Of a stretch of DNA of 64,000 bases, positions 13,000 to 27,700 are shown piece by piece; positions within the stretch are counted from its first letter, which is position 1, and the number at the start of each line of letters is the position of its first letter. The notes below the pieces were generated by a model. The model ran no database searches. It had not been told where the DNA came from and saw nothing but the letters and a program-made list of their open reading frames with translations. Position numbers and translations under genes: made by a program. The stretch spans positions 12,705,812 through 12,769,811 of the forward strand of contig NC_092675.1 in NCBI RefSeq assembly GCF_964355755.1, read 5' to 3'. This DNA is from Antedon mediterranea. Lineage: Eukaryota; Animalia; Echinodermata.

Positions 13000-15900
13000 A
13001 ACACCAAAGTGTTTAGAATAGCTTCAAATCGCATTTGGAGACGTTTTAGACCAATTTGTGATTTTCGAAAAAACTTATCAACATAAAAACACCAAAGGGT
13101 TTAGAATAGCTTCAAATCGCATTTGGAGACGTTTTAGACCATTTTGTGATTTTCGAAAAAACTTGTTAACATAAAAACACGAAAGTGCTTAGAATAGCTT
13201 CAAATCGCATTTGGAAACGTTTTAGACCATTTTGTGATTTTCGAAAAAACTTGTTAACATAAAAACATGAAAGTGCTTAGAATAGCTTCAAATCGTATTT
13301 GGAGACGTTTTAGACCATTTTGTGATTTTCGAAAAAACTTGTTAACATAAAAACACCAATGTGCTTAGAATAGCTTCAAATCGCATTTTGAGACGTTTTA
13401 GACCATTTTGTGCATTTCGATGAAACTTGGTTACACAAAAACATCAAAGTGCTTAAAATCACATTATAAACCATTTTAGACCATTTTGAGCATTTCGATA
13501 ACACTTTTCACACAAAAACATCAAAGAGCACAAAATAGCTTAATATCGTATTTAAAAACGTTTTAGACCATTTTGAGCATTTCGACAAAACTTTTTCACA
13601 CAAAACACCAAAGTGCTTAGAATAGCTTCAAATCGCATTTGGAGACGTTTTAGACCATTTTGTGATTTTCGAAAAAACTTGTTAACATAAAAACATCAAA
13701 GTGTACAGAATAACTTCAAATCGCATTTGGAGACCGTTTTAGGCCAATTTGTGATTTTCGAAAAAACTTGTTAACCTAAAAATACCAAAGTGTTTAGAAT
13801 AGCTTCAAATCGCATTTGGAGACGTTTTAGACCATTTTGTGATTTTCGAAAAAACTTGTTAACATAAAAACACCAAAGTGCTTCAAATCGCATTTGGAGA
13901 CATTTTAGACCAATTTGTGATTTTTGAAAAAACTTGTTAACATAAAAACACCAAAGTGCTTACAATAGCTTCAAATCGTATTTGGAGACGTTTTAGACCA
14001 TTTTGTGATTTTCGAAAAAACTTGTTAACATAAAAACACCAAAGTACTTAGAATAGCTTCAAATCGCATTTGGAGACGTTTTAGACCATTTTATGCATTT
14101 CGATGAAACTTGGTTACACAAAAACATCAATGTGCTTAAAATCACATTATAATCCGTTTTAGACCATTTTGAGCATTTCGATAACACTTTTCACACAAAA
14201 ACATCAAAGAGCACAAAATAGCTTAATATCGTATTTAAAAACGTTTTAGACCATTTTGAGCATTTAGACAAAACTTTTTCACACAAAACACCAAAGTGTT
14301 TAGAATAGCTTCAAATCGCATTTGGAGACGTTTTAGACCATTTTGTGATTTTCGAAAAAACTTGTTAACATAAAAACACCAAAGTGCTTCAAATCGCATT
14401 TGAGACATTTTAGACCAATTTGTGATTTTTGAAAAAACTTGTTAACATAAAAACACCAAAGTGCTTACAATAGCTTCAAATCGTATTTGGAGACGTTTTA
14501 GACCATTTTGTGATTTTCGAAAAAACTTGTTAACATAAAAACACCAGAGTACTTAGAATAGCTTCAAATCGCATTTGGAGACGTTTTAGACCATTTTATG
14601 CATTTCGATGAAACTTGGTTACACAAAAACATCAAAGTGCTTAAAATCACATTATAATCCGTTTTAGACCATTTTGAGCATTTCGATAACACTTTTCACA
14701 CAAAAACATCAAAGAGCACAAAATAGCTTAATATCGTATTTAAAAACTTTTTAGACCATTTTGAGCATTTCGACAAAACTTTTTCACACAAAACACCAAA
14801 GTGCTTAGAATAGCTTCAAATCGCATTTGGAGACGTTTTAGACCATTTTGTGATTTTCGAAAAAAATTGTTAACATAAAAACATCAAAGTGTACAGAATA
14901 GCTTCAAATCGCATTTGGAGACCGTTTTAGGCCAATTTGTGATTTTCGAAAAAACTTGTTAACCTAAAAATACCAAAGTGTTTAGAATAGCTTCAAATCG
15001 CATTTGGAGACGTTTTAGACCATTTTGTGATTTTCGAAAAAACTTGTTAACATAAAAACACCAAAGTGCTTAGAATAGCTTCAAATCGCATTTGGAGACA
15101 TTTTAGACCAATTTGTGATTTTCGAAAAAACTTATCAACATAAAAACACCAAAGGGTTTAGAATATCTTCAAATCGCATTTGGAGACGTTTTAGACCATT
15201 TTGTGATTTTCGAAAAAACTTGTTAACATAAAAACACCAAAGTGCTTAGAATAGCTTCAAATCGCATTTGGAGACGTTTTAGACCAATTTGTGATTTTCG
15301 AAAAAACTTATCAACATAAAAACACCAAAGGGTTTAGAATAGCTTCATTTGGAGACGTTTTAGACCATTTTGTGATTTTGAAAAAACTTGTTAACATAAA
15401 AACACCAAAGTGCTTAGAATAGCTTCAAATCGCATTTGGAGACGTTTTAGACCATTTTGTGATTTTCGAAAAAACTTGTTAACATAAAAACACCAAAGTG
15501 CTTAGAATAGCTTCAAATCGTATTTGGAGACGTTTTAGACCATTTTGAGATTTTCGAAAAAACTTGGTTACACAAAAACATCAAAGTGCTTAAAATCACA
15601 TTATAAACCGTTTTAGACCATTTTGAGCATTTCGATAACACTTTTCACACAAAAACATCAAAGACACAAAATAGCTTAATATCGTATTTAAAAACGTTTT
15701 AGACCATTTTGAGCATTTCGACAAAACTTTTTCACACAAAACACCAAAGTGCTTAGAATAGCTTCAAATCGCATTTGGAGACGTTTTAGACCAATTTGTG
15801 ATTTTTGAAAAAACTTGTTAACATAAAAACACCAAAATGCTTAGAATAGCTTCAAATCACATTTGGAGACGTTTTAGACCATTTTGTGATTTTCGAAAAA

Positions 15901-18900
15901 ACTTGTTAACATAAAAACACGAAAGTGCATAGAATAGCTTCAAATCGCCTTTGGAAACGTTTTAGACCATTTTGTGATTTTCGAAAAAACTTTTTAACAT
16001 AAAAACACGAAAGTGCTTAGAATCACATTATAAACCGTTTTAGACCATTTTGAGCATTTCGATAACAATTCTCACACAAAAACATCAAAGAGCACAAAAT
16101 AGCTTAATATCGTATTTAAAAATGTTTTAGACCATTTTGAGCATTTAGATAAAACTTTTTCACACAAAACACCAAAGTGCTTAGAATAGCTTCAAATCGC
16201 ATTTGGAGACGTTTTAGACCATTTTGTGATTTTTGAAAAAACTTGTTAACATAAAAACACCAAAGTGCTTAGAATAGCTTCAAATCACATTTGGAGATGT
16301 TTTAGACCATTTTGTGATTTTTGAAAAAACTTGTTAACATAAAAACACGAAAGTGCTTAGAATAGCTTCAAATCGCATTTGGAAACGTTTTAGACCATTT
16401 TGTGATTTTCGAAAAAGATTGTTAACATAAAAACACCAATGTGCTTAGAATCACATTATAAACCGTTTTAGACCATTTTGAGCATTTCGATAACAATTTT
16501 CACACAAAAACATCAAAGAGCACAAAATAGCTTAATATCGTATTTATAAATGTTTTAGACCATTTTGAGCATTTCGACAAAACTTTTTCACACAAAACAC
16601 CAAAGAGCTTAGAATAGCTTCAAATCGCATTTGGAGACGTTTTTTTATACCATTTTGTGATTTCGATGAAACTTGATTACACAAAAACATCAAAGTGCTT
16701 AAAATCACATTATAAACCGTTTTAGACCATTTTGAGCATTTCGATAACACTTTTCACACAAAAACATCAAAGAGCACAAAATAGCTTAATATCGTATTTA
16801 AAAACGTTTTAGACCATTTTGAGCATTTAGACAAAACTTTTTCACACAAAACACCAAAGTGCTTAGAATAGCTTCAAATCGCATTTGGAGACGTTTTAGA
16901 ACATTTTGTGTTTTTTGAAAAAAACTGTTAACATAAAAACACCAAAGTGCTTAGAATAGCTTCAAATCGCATTTGGAGACGTTTTAGAACATTTTGTGTT
17001 CTTCGAAAAAACCTGTTAACATAAAAACACCAAAGTGCTTAGAATAGCTTCAAATCGCATTTGGAGACGTTTTAGACCATTTTGTGATTTTTGAAAAAAC
17101 TTGTTAACATAAAAACACCAAAGTGCTTAGAATAGCTTTAAATCACATTTGGAGACGTTTTAGACCATTTTGTTATTTTCGAAAAAACTTGTTAACATAA
17201 AAACACGAAAGTGCTTAGAATAGCTTCAAATCGCATTTGGAAACGTTTTAGACCATTTTGTGATTTTCGAAAAAGATTGTTAACATAAAAACACCAAAGT
17301 GCTTAGAATCACAATATAAACCGTTTTAGACCATTTTGAGCATTTCGATAACAATTTTCACACAAAAACATCAAAGAGCACAAAATAGCTTAACATCGTA
17401 TTTATAAATGTTTTAGACCATTTTGAGAATTTCGACAAAACTTTTTCACACAAAACACCAAAGTGCTTAGAATAGCTTCAAATCGCATTTGGAGACGTTT
17501 TTTATACCATTTTGTGATTTCGATGAAACTTGATTACACAAAAACATCAAAGTGCTTAAAATCACATTATAAACCGTTTTAGACCATTTTGAGCATTTCG
17601 ATAACACTTTTCACACAAAAACATCAAAGAGCACAAAATAGCTTAATATCGTATTTAAAAACGTTTTAGACCATTTTGAGCATTTAGACAAAACTTTTTC
17701 ACACAAAACACCAAAGTGCTTAGAATAGCTTCAAATCGCATTTGGAGACGTTTTAGACCATTTTGAGATTTTCGAAAAAACTTGGTTACACAAAAACATC
17801 AAAGTGCTTAAAATCACATTATAAACCGTTTTAGACCATTTTGAGCATTTCGATAACACTTTTCACACAAAAACATCAAAGAGCACAAAATAGCTTAATA
17901 TCGTATTTAAAAACGTTTTAGACCATTTTGAGAATTTAGACAAAACTTTTTCACACAAAACACCAAAGTGCTTAGAATAGCTTCAAATCGCATTTGGAGA
18001 CGTTTTAGAACATTTTGTGTTCTTCGAAAAAACCTGTTAACATAAAAACTCCAAAGTGCTTAGAATAGCTTCAAATCGCATTTTGAGACGTTTTAGACCA
18101 TTTTGTGATTTTTGAAAAAACTTGTTAACATAAAAACACCAAAGTGCTTAGAATAGCTTCAAATCACATTTGGAGACGTTTTAGACCATTTTGTGATTTT
18201 CGAAAAAACTTGTTAACATAAAAACACGAAAGTGCTTAGAATAGCTTCAAATCGCATTTGGAAACGTTTTAGACCATTTTGTGATTTTCGAAAAAACTTG
18301 TTAACATAAAAACACGAAAGTGCTTAGAATAGCTTCAAATCGCATTTGGAAACGTTTTAGACCATTTTGTGATTTTCGAAAAAAATTGTTAACATAAAAA
18401 CACCAAAGTGTTTAGAATAGCTTCAAATCGCATTTGGAGACGTTTTAGACCAATTTGTGATTTTCGAAAAAACTTATCTACATAAAAACACCAAAGGGTT
18501 TAGAATAGCTTCAAATCGCATTTGGAGACGTTTTAGACCATTTTGTGATTTTCGAAAAAACTTGTTAACATAAAAACACGAAAGTGCTTAGAATACATTA
18601 TAAATCGTTTTAGACCATTTTGAGCATTTCGACAAAACTTTTTCACACAAAATACCAAAGTGCTTAGAATAGCTTCAAATCGCATTTGGAGACGTTTTAG
18701 ACCATTTTGTGATTTTCGAAAAAACTTTTTAACATAAAAACACCAAAGTGCTTAGAATAGCTTCAAATCACATTTGGAGACGTTTTAGACCATAAGTGCT
18801 TAGAATCACATTATAAACCGTTTTAGACCATTTTGAGCATTTCGATAACAATTTTCACACAAAAACATCAAAGAGCACAAAATAGCTTAATATCGTATTT

Positions 18901-21900
18901 AAAAATGTTTTAGACCATTTTGAGCATTTAGATAAAACTTTTTCACACAAAACACCAAAGTGCATAGAATAGCTTCAAATCGCATTTGGAGACGTTTTAG
19001 ACCATTTTGTGATTTTTGAAAAAACTTGTTAACATAAAAACACCAAAGTGCTTAGAATAGCTTCAAATCACATTTGGAGACGTTTTAGACCATTTTGTGA
19101 TTTTCGAAAAAACTTGTTAACATAAAAACACGAAAGTGCTTAGAATAGCTTCAAATCGCATTTGGAAACGTTTTAGACCATTTAGTGATTTTCGAAAAAA
19201 CTTGTTAACATAAAAACACGAAAGTGCTTAGAATAGCTTCAAATCGCATTTGGAAACGTTTTAGACCATTTTGTGATTTTCGAAAAAAATTGTTAACATA
19301 AAAACACCAAAGTGTTTAGAATAGCTTCAAATCACATTTGGAGACGTTTTAGACCAATTTGTGATTTTCGAAAAAACTTATCAACATAAAAACACCAAAG
19401 GGTTTAGAATAGCTTCAAATCGCATTTGGAGACGTTTTAGACCATTTTGTGATTTTCGAAAAAACTTGTTAACATAAAAACACGAAAGTGCTTAGAATAG
19501 CTTCAAATCGCATTTGGAAACGTTTTAGACCATTTTGTGATTTTCGAAAAAACTTGTTAACATAAAAACATGAAAGTGCTTAGAATAGCTTCAAATCGTA
19601 TTTGGAGACGTTTTAGACCATTTTGTGATTTTCGAAAAAACTTGTTAACATAAAAACACCAATGTGCTTAGAATAGCTTCAAATCGCATTTTGAGACGTT
19701 CTAGACCATTTTGTGCATTTCGATGAAACTTGGTTACACAAAAACATCAAAGTGCTTAAAATCACATTATAAACCATTTTAGACCATTTTGAGCATTTCG
19801 ATAACACTTTTCACACAAAAACATCAAAGAGCACAAAATAGCTTAATATCGTATTTAAAAACGTTTTAGACCATTTTGAGCATTTCGACAAAACTTTTTC
19901 ACACAAAACACCAAAGTGCTTAGAATAGCTTCAAATCGCATTTGGAGACGTTTTAGACCATTTTGTGATTTTCGAAAAAACTTGTTAACATAAAAACATC
20001 AAAGTGTACAGAATAACTTCAAATCGCATTTGGAGACCGTTTTAGGCCAATTTGTGATTTTCGAAAAAACATGTTAACCTAAAAATACCAAAGTGTTTAG
20101 AATAGCTTCAAATCGCATTTGGAGACGTTTTAGACCATTTTGTGATTTTCGACAAAACTTGTTAACATAAAAACACCAAAGTGCTTCAAATCGCATTTGG
20201 AGACATTTTAGACCAATTTGTGATTTTTGAAAAAACTTGTTAACATAAAAACACCAAAGTGCTTACAATAGCTTCAAATCGTATTTGGAGACGTTTTAGA
20301 CCATTTTGTGATTTTCGAAAAAACTTGTTAACATAAAAACACCAAAGTACTTAGAATAGCTTCAAATCGCATTTTGAGACGTTTTAGACCATTTTATGCA
20401 TTTCGATGAAACTTGGTTACACAAAAACATCAATGTGCTTAAATTCACATTATAATCCGTTTTAGACCATTTTGAGCATTTCGATAACACTTTTCACACA
20501 AAAACATCAAAGAGCACAAAATAGCTTAATATCGTATTTAAAAACGTTTTAGACCATTTTGAGCATTTAGACAAAACTTTTTCACACAAAACACCAAAGT
20601 GTTTAGAATAGCTTCAAATCGCATTTGGAGACGTTTTAGACCATTTTGTGATTTTCGAAAAAACTTGTTAACATAAAAACACCAAAGTGCTTCAAATCGC
20701 ATTTGAGACATTTTAGACCAATTTGTGATTTTTGAAAAAACTTGTTAACATAAAAACACCAAAGTGCTTACAATAGCTTCAAATCGTATTTGGAGACGTT
20801 TTAGACCATTTTGTGATTTTCGAAAAAACTTGTTAACATAAAAACACCAGAGTACTTAGAATAGCTTCAAATCGCATTTGGAGACGTTTTAGACCATTTT
20901 ATGCATTTCGATGAAACTTGGTTACACAAAAACATCAAAGTGCTTAAAATCACATTATAATCCGTTTTAGACCATTTTGAGCATTTCGATAACACTTTTC
21001 ACACAAAAACATCAAAGAGCACAAAATAGCTTAATATCGTATTTAAAAACTTTTTAGACCATTTTGAGCATTTCGACAAAACTTTTTCACACAAAACACC
21101 AAAGTGCTTAGAATAGCTTCAAATCGCATTTGGAGACGTTTTAGACCATTTTGTGATTTTCGAAAAAAATTGTTAACATAAAAACATCAAAGTGTACAGA
21201 ATAGCTTCAAATCGCATTTGGAGACCGTTTTAGGCCAATTTGTGATTTTCGAAAAAACTTGTTAACCTAAAAATACCAAAGTGTTTAGAATAGCTTCAAA
21301 TCGCATTTGGAGACGTTTTAGACCATTTTGTGATTTTCGAAAAAACTTGTTAACATAAAAACACCAAAGTGCTTAGAATAGCTTCAAATCGCATTTGGAG
21401 ACATTTTAGACCAATTTGTGATTTTCGAAAAAACTTATCAACATAAAAACACCAAAGGGTTTAGAATATCTTCAAATCGCATTTGGAGACGTTTTAGACC
21501 ATTTTGTGATTTTCGAAAAAACTTGTTAACATAAAAACACCAAAGTGCTTAGAATAGCTTCAAATCGCATTTGGAGACGTTTTAGACCAATTTGTGATTT
21601 TCGAAAAAACTTATCAACATAAAAACACCAAAGGGTTTAGAATAGCTTCATTTGGAGACGTTTTAGACCATTTTGTGATTTTGAAAAAACTTGTTAACAT
21701 AAAAACACCAAAGTGCTTAGAATAGCTTCAAATCGCATTTGGAGACGTTTTAGACCATTTTGTGATTTTCGAAAAAACTTGTTAACATAAAAACACCAAA
21801 GTGCTTAGAATAGCTTCAAATCGTATTTGGAGACGTTTTAGACCATTTTGAGATTTTCGAAAAAACTTGGTTACACAAAAACATCAAAGTGCTTAAAATC
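13000..21900 (+). repeat. Dispersed duplication within the array: about 13.0-15.6 kb repeated at about 19.3-21.9 kb (offset 6,303)
   Basis: gtgtacagaataac at 13701 and 20004, and the rare caccagagtac at 14547 and 20850, both give an offset of 6303. Confidence 0.85.
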
Positions 21901-23399
21901 ACATTATAAACCGTTTTAGACCATTTTGAACATTTCGATAACACTTTTCACACAAAAACATCAAAGAGCACAAAATAGCTTAATATCGTATTTAAAAACG
22001 TTTTAGACCATTTTGAGCATTTCGACAAAACTTTTTCACACAAAACACCAAAGTGCTTAGAATAGCTTCAAATCGCATTTGGAGACGTTTTAGACCAATT
22101 TGTGATTTTCGAAAAAACTTTTTAACATAAAAACACCAAAGTGCTTAGAATAGCTTCAAATCACATTTGGAAACGTTTTAGACCATTTTGTGATTTTCGA
22201 AAAAACTTGTTAACATAAAAACACGAAAGTGCTTAGAATAGCTTCAAATCGCATTTGGAAACGTTTTAGACCATTTTGTGATTTTCGAAAAAAATTGTTA
22301 ACATAAAAACACCAAAGTGCTTAGAATCACATTATAAACCGTTTTAGACCATTTTGAGCATTTCGATAACAATTTTCACACAAAAACATCAAAGAGCACA
22401 AAATAGCTTAATATCGTATTTAAAAATGTTTTAGACCATTTTGAGCATTTAGATAAAACTTTTTCACACAAAACACCAAAGTGCTTAGAATAGCTTCAAA
22501 TCGCATTTGGAGACGTTTTAGACCATTTTGTGATTTTTGAAAAAACTTGTTAACATAAAAACACCAAAGTGTTAGAATAGCTTCAAATCACATTTGGAGA
22601 CGTTTCAGACCATTTTGTGATTTTCGAAAAAACTTGTTAACATAAAAACACGAAAGTGCTTAGAATAGCTTCAAATCGAATTTGGAAACGTTTTAGACCA
22701 TTTTGTGATTTTCGAAAAAACTTGTTAACATAAAAACACGAAAGTGCTTAGAATAGCTTCAAATCGCATTTGGAAACGTTTTAGACCATTTTGTGATTTT
22801 CGAAAAAAATTGTTAACATAAAAACACCAAAGTGTTTAGAATAGCTTCAAATCGCATTTGGAGACGTTTTAGACCAATTTGTGATTTTCGAAAAAACTTA
22901 TCAACATAAAAACACCAAATCGCATTTGGAGACGTTTTAGACCATTTTGTGATTTTGAAAAAACTTGTTAACATAAAAACACCAAAGTGCTTAGAAAAGC
23001 TTCAAATCGCATTTGGAGACGTTTTAGACCATTTTGTGATTTTCGAAAAAACTTGTTAACATAAAAACACCAAAGTGCTTAGAATAGCTTCAAATCGTAT
23101 TTGGAGACGTTTTAGACCATTTTGAGATTTTCGAAAAAACTTGGTTACACAAAAACATCAAAGTGCTTAAAATCACATTATAAACCGTTTTAGACCATTT
23201 TGAGAATTTCGATAACACTTTTCACACAAAAACATCAAAGAGCACAAAATAGCTTAATATCGTATTTAAAAACGTTTTAGACCATTTTGAGCATTTCGAC
23301 AAAACTTTTTCACACAAAACACCAAAGTGCTTAGAATAGCTTCAAATCGCATTTGGAGACGTTTTAGACCAATTTGTGCATTTCGATGAAACTTGATTA

Positions 23400-26300
23400 C
23401 ACAAAAACATCAAAGTGCTTAAAATCACATTATAAACCGTTTTAGACCATTTTGAGCATTTCGATAACACTTTTCACACAAAAACATCAAAGAGCACAAA
23501 ATAGCTTAATATCGTATTTAAAAACGTTTTAGACCATTTTGAGCATTTAGACAAAACTTTTTCACACAAAACACCAAAGTGCTTAGAATAGCTTCAAATC
23601 GCATTTGGAGACGTTTTAGACCATTTTGTGCATTTCGATGAAACTTGGTTACACAAAAACATCAAAGTGCTTAAAATCACATTATAAATCGTTTTAGACC
23701 ATTTTGAGCATTTCGACAAAACTTTTTCACACAAAATACCAAAGTGCTTAGAATAGCTTCAAATCGCATTTGGAGACGTTTTAGACCATTTTGTGATTTT
23801 CGAAAAAACTTTTTAACATAAAAACACCAAAGTGCTTAGAATAGCTTCAAATCACATTTGGAGACATTTTAGACCATAAGTGCTTAGAATCACATTATAA
23901 ACCGTTTTAGACCATTTTGAGCATTTCGATAACAATTTTCACACAAAAACATCAAAGAGCACAAAATAGCTTAATATCGTATTTAAAAATGTTTTAGACC
24001 ATTTTGAGCATTTAGATAAAACTTTTTCACACAAAACACCAAAGTGCTTAGAATAGCTTCAAATCGCATTTGGAGACGTTTTAGACCAATTTGTGATTTT
24101 TGAAAAAACTTGTTAACATAAAAACACCAAAGTGCTTAGAATAGCTTCAAATCACATTTGGAGACGTTTTAGACCATTTTGTGATTTTGAACAAACTTGT
24201 TAACATAAAAACACCAAAGTGCTTAGAATAGCTTCAAATCGTATTTGGAGACGTTTTAGACCATTTTGAGATTTTCGAAAAAACTTGGTTACACAAAAAC
24301 ATCAAAGTGCTTAAAATCACATTATAAACCGTTTTAGACCATTTTGAGCATTTCGATAACACTTTTCACACAAAAACATCAAAGAGCACAAAATAGCTTA
24401 ATATCGTATTTAAAAACGTTTTAGACCATTTTGAGCATTTCGACTAAACTTTTTCACACAAAACACCAAAGTGCTTAGAATAGCTTCAAATCGCATTTGG
24501 AGACGTTTTAGACCAATTTGTGCATTTCGATGAAACTTGATTACACAAAAACATCAAAGTGCTTAAAATCACATTATAAACCGTTTTAGACCATTTTGAG
24601 CATTTCGATAACACTTTTCACACAAAAACATCAAAGAGCACAAAATAGCTTAATATCGTATTTAAAAACGTTTTAGACCATTTTGAGCATTTAGACAAAA
24701 CTTTTTCACACAAAACACCAAAGTGCTTAGAATAGCTTCAAATCGCATTTGGAGACGTTTTAGACCATTTTGTGCATTTCGATGAAACTTGATTACACAA
24801 AAACATCAACGTGCTTAAAATCACATTATAAACCGTTTTAGACCATTTTGAGCATTTCGATAACACTTTTCACACAAAAACATCAAAGAGCACAAAATAG
24901 CTTAATATCGTATTTAAAAACGTTTTAGACCATTTTGAGCATTTAGACAAAACTTTTTCACACAAAACACCAAAGTGCTTAGAATAGCTTCAAATCGCAT
25001 TTGGAGACGTTTTAGACCATTTTGTGCATTTCGATGAAACTTGGTTACACAAAAACATCAAAGTGCTTAAAATCACATTATAAATCGTTTTAGACCATTT
25101 TGAGCATTTCGACAAAACTTTTTCACACAAAATACCAAAGGGCTTAGAATAGCTTCAAATCGCATTTGGAGACGTTTTAGACCATTTTGTGATTTTCGAA
25201 AAAACTTTTTAACATAAAAAGACCAAAGTGCTTAGAATAGCTTCAAATCACATTTGGAGACGTTTTAGACCATTTTGTGATTTTCGAAAAAACTTGTTAA
25301 CATAAAAACACGAAAGTGCTTAGAATAGCTTCAAATCGCATTTGGAAACGTTTTAGACCATTTTGTGATTTTCGAAAAAAATTGTTAACATAAAAACACC
25401 AAAGTGCTTAGAATCACATTATAAACCGTTTTAGACCATTTTGAGCATTTCGATAACAATTTTCACACAAAAACATCAAAGAGCACAAAATAGCTTAATA
25501 TCGTATTTAAAAATGTTTTAGACCATTTTGAGCATTTAGATAAAACTTTTTCACACAAAACACCAAAGTGCTTAGAATAGCTTCAAATCGCATTTGGAGA
25601 CGTTTTAGACCATTTTGTGATTTTTGAAAAAACTTGTTAACATAAAAACACCAAAGTGCTTAGAATAGCTTCAAATCACATTTGGAGACGTTTTAGACCA
25701 TTTTGTGATTTTCGAAAAAACTTATCAACATAAAAACACCAAAGGGTTTAGAATAGCTTCAAATCGCATTTGGAGACGTTTTAGACCATTTTGTGATTTT
25801 GAAAAAACTTGTTAACATAAAAACACCAAAGTGCTTAGAATAGCTTCAAATCGCATTTGGAGACGTTTTAGACTATTTTGTGATTTTCGAAAAAACTTGT
25901 TAACATAAAAACACCAAAGTGCTTAGAATAGCTTCAAATCGTATTTGGAGACGTTTTAGACCATTTTGAGATTTTCGAAAAAACTTGGTTACACAAAAAC
26001 ATCAAAGTGCTTAAAATCACATTATAAACCGTTTTAGACCATTTTGAGAATTTCGATAACACTTTTCACACAAAAACATCAAAGAGCACAAAATAGCTTA
26101 ATATCGTATTTAAAAACGTTTTAGACCATTTTGAGCATTTCGACAAAACTTTTTCACACAAAACACCAAAGTGCTTAGAATAGCTTCAAATCGCATTTGG
26201 AGACGTTTTAGACCAAATTGTGCATTTCGATGAAACTTGATTACACAAAAACATCAAAGTGCTTAAAATCACATTATAAACCGTTTTAGACCATTTTGAG

Positions 26301-27700
26301 CATTTCGATAACACTTTTCACACAAAAACATCAAAGAGCACAAAATAGCTTAATATCGTATTTAAAAACGTTTTAGACCATTTTGAGCATTTAGACAAAA
26401 CTTTTTCACACAAAACACCAAAGTGCTTAGAATAGCTTCAAATCGCATTTGGAGACGTTTTAGACCATTTTGTGCATTTCGATGAAACTTGGTTACACAA
26501 AAACATCAAAGTGCTTAAAATCACATTATAAATCGTTTTAGACCATTTTGAGCATTTCGACAAAACTTTTTCACACAAAATACCAAAGTGCTTAGAATAG
26601 CTTCAAATCGCATTTGGAGACGTTTTAGACCATTTTGTGATTTTCGAAAAAACTTTTTAACATAAAAACACCAAAGTGCTTAGAATAGCTTCAAATCACA
26701 TTTGGAGACATTTTAGACCATAAGTGCTTAGAATCACATTATAAACCGTTTTAGACCATTTTGAGCATTTCGATAACAATTTTCACACAAAAACATCAAA
26801 GAGCACAAAATAGCTTAATATCGTATTTAAAAATGTTTTAGACCATTTTGAGCATTTAGATAAAACTTTTTCACACAAAACACCAAAGTGCTTAGAATAG
26901 CTTCAAATCGCATTTGGAGACGTTTTAGACCAATTTGTGATTTTTGAAAAAACTTGTTAACATAAAAACACCAAAGTGCTTAGAATAGCTTCAAATCACA
27001 TTTGGAGACGTTTTAGACCATTTTGTGATTTTGAACAAACTTGTTAACATAAAAACACCAAAGTGCTTAGAATAGCTTCAAATCGTATTTGGAGACGTTT
27101 TAGACCATTTTGAGATTTTCGAAAAAACTTGGTTACACAAAAACATCAAAGTGCTTAAAATCACATTATAAACCGTTTTAGACCATTTTGAGCATTTCGA
27201 TAACACTTTTCACAAAAAAACATCAAAGAGCACAAAATAGCTTAATATCGTATTTAAAAACGTTTTAGACCATTTTGAGCATCTCGACAAAACTTTTTCA
27301 CACAAAACACCAAAGTGCTTAGAATAGCTTCAAATCGCATTTGGAGACGTTTTAGACCAATTTGTGCATTTCGATGAAACTTGATTACACAAAAACATCA
27401 AAGTGCTTAAAATCACATTATAAACCGTTTTAGACCATTTTGAGCATTTCGATAACACTTTTCACACAAAAACATCAAAGAGCACAAAATAGCTTAATAT
27501 CGTATTTAAAAACGTTTTAGACCATTTTGAGCATTTAGACAAAACTTTTTCACACAAAACACCAAAGTGCTTAGAATGGCTTCAAATCGCATTTGGAGAC
27601 GTTTTAGACCATTTTGTGCATTTCGATGAAACTTGGTTACACAAAAACATCAAAGTGCTTAAAATCACATTATAAATCGTTTTAGACCATTTTGAGCATT
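23400..27700 (+). repeat. Local duplication, offset 2,844 (about 23.4-24.8 kb repeated at 26.2-27.6 kb), with a third copy near 57.9-59.3 kb
   Basis: The 38-bp monomer junction agaccataag lies at 23871, 26715 and 58357, and each is followed by the rare ttttgaacaaac (about 24185, 27029, 58671). Confidence 0.8.

Noticed and set aside
16544-16750. 68-aa minus-strand ORF
   Set aside because: It is translated satellite sequence. The frame is open only through chance variants such as the extra T at about 16640, and there is no gene context.
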